Below the pieces are notes generated by a model. The model made no database searches, was not told the DNA's origin, and saw only the letters and a list, made by a program, of their open reading frames with translations. DNA of 64,000 nt. Source: Candidatus Omnitrophota bacterium (GTDB lineage Bacteria > Omnitrophota > Gorgyraeia > Zapsychrales > JANLHA01). The position numbers and the translations under genes were made by a program. The stretch spans positions 204,996-268,995 of the forward strand of contig JAKLFA010000004.1 in NCBI GenBank assembly GCA_022711395.1, read 5' to 3'. Positions within the stretch are counted from its first letter, which is position 1; every line of letters begins with the position of its first letter. Shown one piece after another: positions 59,727 through 64,000 of the stretch.

Positions 59727-60146
59727 TTATGAAGTTTTTTCTTTATCGGTCTTACGCTGGGGGATCAACGATACCATCAGATTGATCGCGCGAATGATCT
59801 CTTCCATATGGCAGGGCTTGGTCAAATAATGATCGGCCTGAAGCGTGATGCCGCGCTTCATGCTTTCGAGCTCATCGTGGGCTGAAACAATGATGACCGG
59901 CTGCCATTTATCCGAAGGAGGGTTAGCGCGAAGCCGCTCAAGGACCTCGAAGCCATGCAGACCGGGCATGGTCAGGTCCAGGACGATCACGTCCGGATTT
60001 TCCAAACAGATCTTGTTCCAGGCAGACTCCCCGTCAGAGGCCTCGACCACCTCAAAACCGGCCTCAGCCACCTTCTTGGCCATGATGTCCAGAACATCCT
60101 GTTCATCATCCGCCATCAAAACTTTGATCGAAGGCTCCATGTCCAT
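59727..60146 (-). CDS. stand-alone response-regulator receiver domain (CheY-like)
   Basis: DD acidic pocket, phospho-Asp (VLDLTMP) and conserved T/K positions. No output domain. Confidence 0.75.
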   Translation of the reverse strand: MDMEPSIKVLMADDEQDVLDIMAKKVAEAGFEVVEASDGESAWNKICLENPDVIVLDLTMPGLHGFEVLERLRANPPSDKWQPVIIVSAHDELESMKRGITLQADHYLTKPCHMEEIIRAINLMVSLIPQRKTDKEKTS

Positions 60147-60149
60147 CCC

Positions 60150-60620
60150 CTATTTCTTGATCGATGTGTATCGGTCCATGTCAAAATGGATCTCTTGGTC
60201 GGGTTTGACGATCTTATCGATCGCCACGCCTGCCTTGGCAAAGAATTGCGTCGCTAACGTGTCATGAAAGTCGGAAAATGTCACGACCCGTTTGACCCCG
60301 GCGGCGATAAGAGCCTTGGAGCATGTCGTGCAAGGCATCGTCGTGACATACGCCGTCGAACCGTCAACGGAATTTCCGTTCCTGGCGGCCTGCATCAACG
60401 CGTTCATCTCAGCGTGGTTGGTCCGCATGCAGTGATTGTCCACCACAAGGCAGCCCACATCCTCACAATGGTCATCCCCGGGGATCGACCCGTTATATCC
60501 GGTCGCGATCACGTTCTTCCCTTTGACCAAGACGCATCCGCAATGCATACGGGGGCATGTCGCCCGTTCAGAGGCCAGCATCGCAAGTTTCATGAAATAT
60601 TGATCCCAATCTGGTCGCAC
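60150..60620 (-). CDS. comEB: dCMP deaminase (ComEB-like zinc deaminase)
   Basis: HAEMNA and PCTTC zinc-binding motifs. Confidence 0.8.
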   Translation of the reverse strand: MRPDWDQYFMKLAMLASERATCPRMHCGCVLVKGKNVIATGYNGSIPGDDHCEDVGCLVVDNHCMRTNHAEMNALMQAARNGNSVDGSTAYVTTMPCTTCSKALIAAGVKRVVTFSDFHDTLATQFFAKAGVAIDKIVKPDQEIHFDMDRYTSIKK

Positions 60621-60712
60621 CCTGCTCCTCCTTGTATAAACACCTTCAAATGTTCAAGACCCTTGTTATCTTAGCAAAAGCCCCCTTGTTTGAAAAGAAG
60701 GGCTGCGATTTT

Positions 60713-61450
60713 TTACGGTAAATATTCGTGCTTGATGTTCCGCAAACTTTTCAGGATGTTCTTTTTGACCGCGTGATCATCGGCTTCCAGCTGGGAAACG
60801 ATCCCCTTAAAAAATGTGCGCTTGGAGGCGCGGTCATTGGGGCACTGCCCTTCAAAACGCATGGTCTTGCCCTGTTCCAAAAGCCGGATAATGTCCTTTT
60901 CATGAACATAGGCCAACGGACGGATGATCGTGATCGCCCCTTCGAACATTTCCTGATTAGGGCACATCGCGCCGATCTCCCCCCGATAACACATGTTCAT
61001 CAGGATCGTCTCTACGATATCATCCAGATGATGGCCCAGCGCGATCTTGCGGCATCCATTCTTATCCGCCAGCTGAAAAAGCGTCTTCCGCCGCAGCTGG
61101 GAGCAATAATAACAGTTCACATCGCTCCAGTCGCCACCCTGCAGGATATCCGCCGGCTCAACGATGAGCGGAACGCCGATGTTCTTAAAATGTTTTTTCA
61201 TCTGATCAACAGGAAATCCGGGAACCCCCATGTCCACGTAAAGGGCCAGAAGCTCGTATTTGACCGGCGCAAAACGCTGCCGGTAGCGCAGCATTTCCAG
61301 AAGCGTCATGCTGTCCTTGCCTCCAGAGACCGCGACAAGGATCCTGTCCCCGTCCGAGATCATGCCATAATCGCCGATCGCATCCCCGACCTTGCGGGAA
61401 ATATAATAATACAGGTCTTCTTCGTTTTTTTGTTTGGGTAAACTGGACAT
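60713..61450 (-). CDS. ttcA: tRNA 2-thiocytidine synthetase TtcA (PP-loop ATPase)
   Basis: SGGKDS PP-loop and CxxC cysteine pairs. Confidence 0.8.
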   Translation of the reverse strand: MSSLPKQKNEEDLYYYISRKVGDAIGDYGMISDGDRILVAVSGGKDSMTLLEMLRYRQRFAPVKYELLALYVDMGVPGFPVDQMKKHFKNIGVPLIVEPADILQGGDWSDVNCYYCSQLRRKTLFQLADKNGCRKIALGHHLDDIVETILMNMCYRGEIGAMCPNQEMFEGAITIIRPLAYVHEKDIIRLLEQGKTMRFEGQCPNDRASKRTFFKGIVSQLEADDHAVKKNILKSLRNIKHEYLP

Positions 61451-61466
61451 AGACGCAACTTGACGG

Positions 61467-61880
61467 TCAGCTTTGTTCCCCTGCCGTGAATTCGCTTTCG
61501 TTGATCGCCTTACGGATCGCGCTTAAAAGTTCAGGGAGATAGATCGGCTTGGCGACCGCCCGGTACTCATGCCCGTGGATCTCGATCCGCTTCTTGCCCT
61601 CTTCCTCTAAAAGGACCGACATAAAAACGATCGGAATATCTTTCGTTATTGACTCTTCTTTTAATGATTTCGCCAAATCCCCGCCGCTCTGGTCCGGGAT
61701 CATGATATCCAAAAGGATCAGGTCCGGCCGGTTGGCCTTGGCCAGCTCAAAACCCTTACGGGATTCAAGGGCTGTCAACACCTCATAGCCATGGGCTTTC
61801 GGCAATCGCTTCTCTAAAAGCCTTAAGATCCCGGGATCATCATCCACGATCAAAATCGTTCTTTTTTTGTTCTGCGTCAT
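61467..61880 (-). CDS. stand-alone response-regulator receiver domain (CheY-like)
   Basis: ILIVDDDPGIL...DLILLDIMIPD receiver motifs. No output domain. Confidence 0.75.
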   Translation of the reverse strand: MTQNKKRTILIVDDDPGILRLLEKRLPKAHGYEVLTALESRKGFELAKANRPDLILLDIMIPDQSGGDLAKSLKEESITKDIPIVFMSVLLEEEGKKRIEIHGHEYRAVAKPIYLPELLSAIRKAINESEFTAGEQS

Positions 61881-62384
61881 CTATTGCTTCTCATAAAGGC
61901 CGATCAATTCCGATTGGTCCAGGATATGCCCTTCCATCGCCTTTAAAACTTCCGCTTTTGTCAATCCCGGCGCCAGCAGCAAATCCGTATCTAAAGCATA
62001 TAATTTAAAAAAATAACGGTGTTTGCCCGATGGGGGGCACGGCCCGCCATAATCTTTTCTCTGAAAATCATTCATCCCCTGGATGCCCGGGATCTCTCCC
62101 TTCTGGATACTGTTGCGAGGCTCGATCCCGTAAACGACCCAGTGTATCCAGGTCCCAACCGGGGCGTCTGGGTCATCAACGATCAGGACCAACTGGCGCG
62201 TCCCTTCCGGAATATTGGCAATGCGTAGTTCCGGGCTGATGTCCTCTCCCTGGCAGGTAAACTCCTGCGGGATCATCGTGCCGTTCTCAAAACTTGGACT
62301 GGTCAATTCCATCGCCCATCCCTCTGTTGAGGAACATATCAAAAAAATCAAAAGAGCCGCAAAACAAAACCTGTTCATAAACAT
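61881..62384 (-). CDS. exported PEBP-family protein (YbhB/YbcL-like)
   Basis: Signal peptide and PEBP motifs DPDAP...HW...Y. Confidence 0.75.
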   Translation of the reverse strand: MFMNRFCFAALLIFLICSSTEGWAMELTSPSFENGTMIPQEFTCQGEDISPELRIANIPEGTRQLVLIVDDPDAPVGTWIHWVVYGIEPRNSIQKGEIPGIQGMNDFQRKDYGGPCPPSGKHRYFFKLYALDTDLLLAPGLTKAEVLKAMEGHILDQSELIGLYEKQ

Positions 62385-62397
62385 TCCCTTTCATCAT

Positions 62398-62799
62398 TTA
62401 TAATTTCTCGATCAAGACATCGATCAATCCGATCTTTGTTGAGCTAATGACCCGAAAGGCCTTCTTCGTAAGATCAATGACCCGACCCTGACGAACATAC
62501 CGTCTATGCGGCCCGCGGTCATTGACCCGGACAACAACGGATTGACCATTGGCCTTGTTAGTGACCTTCAGCATGGTCCCAAAACCCACACCCCACATGG
62601 CAGCCGTCATCGCTTCATCATTAAAGATCTCATTATTAGCCGTTGTGACGCGGACACCCGGATCATTGCGCGAATACCATGAAGCCTGACCGTGAAGCGG
62701 AAATTCGAACGTGATGGGGGCCGATGAGACCGAATAATACCACCATCCCGCCACGACCATCAGCGCGATAAGCCTCGCGCGAACTTTTCCATCCATCAT
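62398..62799 (-). CDS. RlpA-like double-psi beta-barrel protein with N-terminal TM/signal
   Basis: GQASWYS...VRVNDRGP motif pattern of DPBB/RlpA. Confidence 0.65.
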   Translation of the reverse strand: MMDGKVRARLIALMVVAGWWYYSVSSAPITFEFPLHGQASWYSRNDPGVRVTTANNEIFNDEAMTAAMWGVGFGTMLKVTNKANGQSVVVRVNDRGPHRRYVRQGRVIDLTKKAFRVISSTKIGLIDVLIEKL

Positions 62800-62933
62800 C
62801 CATTGACCCTATCTTGAAGTGGCCTTATTGTAACGTGGAATCCCAAACTCAACAAGCATATTCTCCAAAACAAACCTCAAATTCCTTTGTTTTTTGCAAG
62901 TTGTTCTTAATTAAAAATTTACAACATCTTCAC

Positions 62934-62962
62934 TTGCCCATCCCTTTAAGGCAATATATACT
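62934..62962 (+). promoter_or_regulatory. sigma70-type promoter for the PIN-PhoH gene: TTGCCC-17-TATACT
   Basis: TTGCCCatccctttaaggcaataTATACT about 20 nt upstream of an AGGA SD. Confidence 0.5.
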
Positions 62963-62981
62963 TTAAATAGGACGAACTTCT

Positions 62982-64000
62982 ATGAGCCCAAAACCGAAAA
63001 AAATCTTTGTTCTGGATACAAACGTCATTCTTCATGACAGTTCCTGCCTTTATCATTTCAAGGAACATGACATTGCTCTTCCCATCGCTGTTATTGAAGA
63101 ACTGGACCAGTTTAAGAAGGGCAACGAAACGATCCACTATCACGCGAGAAACTTTCTGCGTATGATCGATAAGCTCAGTGAAGACCATTTGTTTAATGGC
63201 GGGGTTTCGATCGGACCGAAACACGGGAAGCTTTCCATCCTGCTGCAGCAAACCGTCAACAAGACCCTGGCCGCGCATTTCTCGCAGGACAAACCGGACA
63301 ACAAGATCCTGAACGCCGCCTACTGTCTGTCCAAAAAGGACACGAAACGCAAGGTTGTCCTCGTCAGCAAAGACGTCAATCTTCGAATGAAGGCGAAAGC
63401 CGTCGGCCTTGTCGCTGAGGACTATACTAGCGATTATGTGCATGATATTTCAGAGATCTATAAAGGCTATCGCTTTGAAGAAAACGTTTCTGTTGAAGTG
63501 ATCGACAAAATGTACGCCAGGCCGTTTTTGATCAGCCCCAAAGAATTAAAGACCAAAAAAAAGTTCCTCCCCAATGAATATGTCATTATGCGTAATGACC
63601 AAAAGTCGGCATTGGGGCACTATGACGCAGAGACCGGGAATATCCACCGTATTCAAAAATTATCCGCCAACGGCATCAAGCCCCGCAACGCGGAACAGGC
63701 CTTTGCCCTTCATGCTCTTCTCAATGAAAACATCAAACTCGTCACGATCTCCGGCAAAGCCGGGACCGGGAAAACCCTCCTGGCTCTGGCAGCGGCGCTC
63801 GCCTGCCGGAACAATTACGGCGAGGTCTTTATCGCGAGGCCGGTCATGCCCTTAAGCGGAAAGGACCTGGGCTATCTGCCGGGGAGTATCACCGAAAAAC
63901 TCAACCCTTATATGCAGCCTCTGTATGACAATCTTGGTGTCGTCCGCAAGGAGCGCATTGAATCAGACCGCAAAAGCAGCAAAGTCATTAAACTTTTGGA
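62982..64000 (+). CDS. PhoH-like ATPase with N-terminal PIN domain (YlaK-like); C-terminus beyond window
   Basis: PIN start KIFVLDTNVILHD and PhoH Walker A GKAGTGKT. The frame is open to the window end. Not in the ORF track because no stop is reached. Confidence 0.8.
   Translation, partial: MSPKPKKIFVLDTNVILHDSSCLYHFKEHDIALPIAVIEELDQFKKGNETIHYHARNFLRMIDKLSEDHLFNGGVSIGPKHGKLSILLQQTVNKTLAAHFSQDKPDNKILNAAYCLSKKDTKRKVVLVSKDVNLRMKAKAVGLVAEDYTSDYVHDISEIYKGYRFEENVSVEVIDKMYARPFLISPKELKTKKKFLPNEYVIMRNDQKSALGHYDAETGNIHRIQKLSANGIKPRNAEQAFALHALLNENIKLVTISGKAGTGKTLLALAAALACRNNYGEVFIARPVMPLSGKDLGYLPGSITEKLNPYMQPLYDNLGVVRKERIESDRKSSKVIKLL

Noticed and set aside
60728-61441. 237-aa plus-strand ORF almost exactly antisense to ttcA
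   Set aside because: No recognisable motifs. It is fully embedded in a well-supported PP-loop ATPase gene. Long antisense ORFs are frequent at this GC content (similar cases: 19293..20120, 46087..46737, 46998..47687, 48580..49320, 37860..38600, 12205..12867).
62946-63443. 165-aa minus-strand ORF overlapping the 5' part of the PIN-PhoH gene
   Set aside because: It lies antisense within a strongly supported PIN-PhoH reading frame that has its own promoter and SD. No motifs were seen.
1-64000. CRISPR arrays, rRNA genes, IS elements and integrases
   Set aside because: No evenly spaced direct repeats, no rRNA-like conserved stretches and no transposase or integrase ORFs were recognised in any frame.

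Overview
This 64-kb window comes from a diderm, LPS-making bacterium. Lipid A, LPS-transport and outer-membrane genes are present (lpxI, lpxA, lpxC-fabZ fusion, lpxD, lptF/lptG, bamA, skp, lolCD). Gene order is strikingly Firmicutes-like, e.g. mcsA-mcsB-clpC-radA, yacL-ispD-ispF-cysE-cysS, yaaT-holB-tmk, rpsF-ssb-rpsR-rplI-dnaB and ispE-spoVG-glmU-prs-ctc-pth. About 40 kb (2.8-43.4 kb) is one co-oriented minus-strand array of housekeeping genes: tRNA synthetases metG, cysS and lysS, isoprenoid genes, ribosomal proteins and cell-envelope genes. A more accessory-looking stretch follows from about 45 kb to the end (listed in coordinate order): a CutA/TlpA-like pair, RmuC, an orphan PilB/GspE-like ATPase, a dinB-rtcB pair, a strongly promoted 73-aa ORF, an endonuclease-III-like glycosylase, a lipoprotein, an ABC-F protein, an operon carrying a cytoplasmic GH5 hydrolase and an alpha/beta hydrolase, two orphan receiver-domain proteins flanking comEB-ttcA, a PEBP/RlpA-like pair and a PIN-PhoH (YlaK-like) gene. 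There is one tRNA-Gln(UUG). I found no rRNA, CRISPR array or obvious mobile element. The most notable items are a SpoVG with a zinc-ribbon insertion, a 33-aa bS22-like basic ORF missing from the ORF track, a consensus promoter for lysS, the dinB-rtcB pairing and the orphan PilB-like ATPase. No complete known defence system is recognisable. All calls rest on reading motifs by eye; I ran no searches, so all homology and synteny comparisons are from memory.
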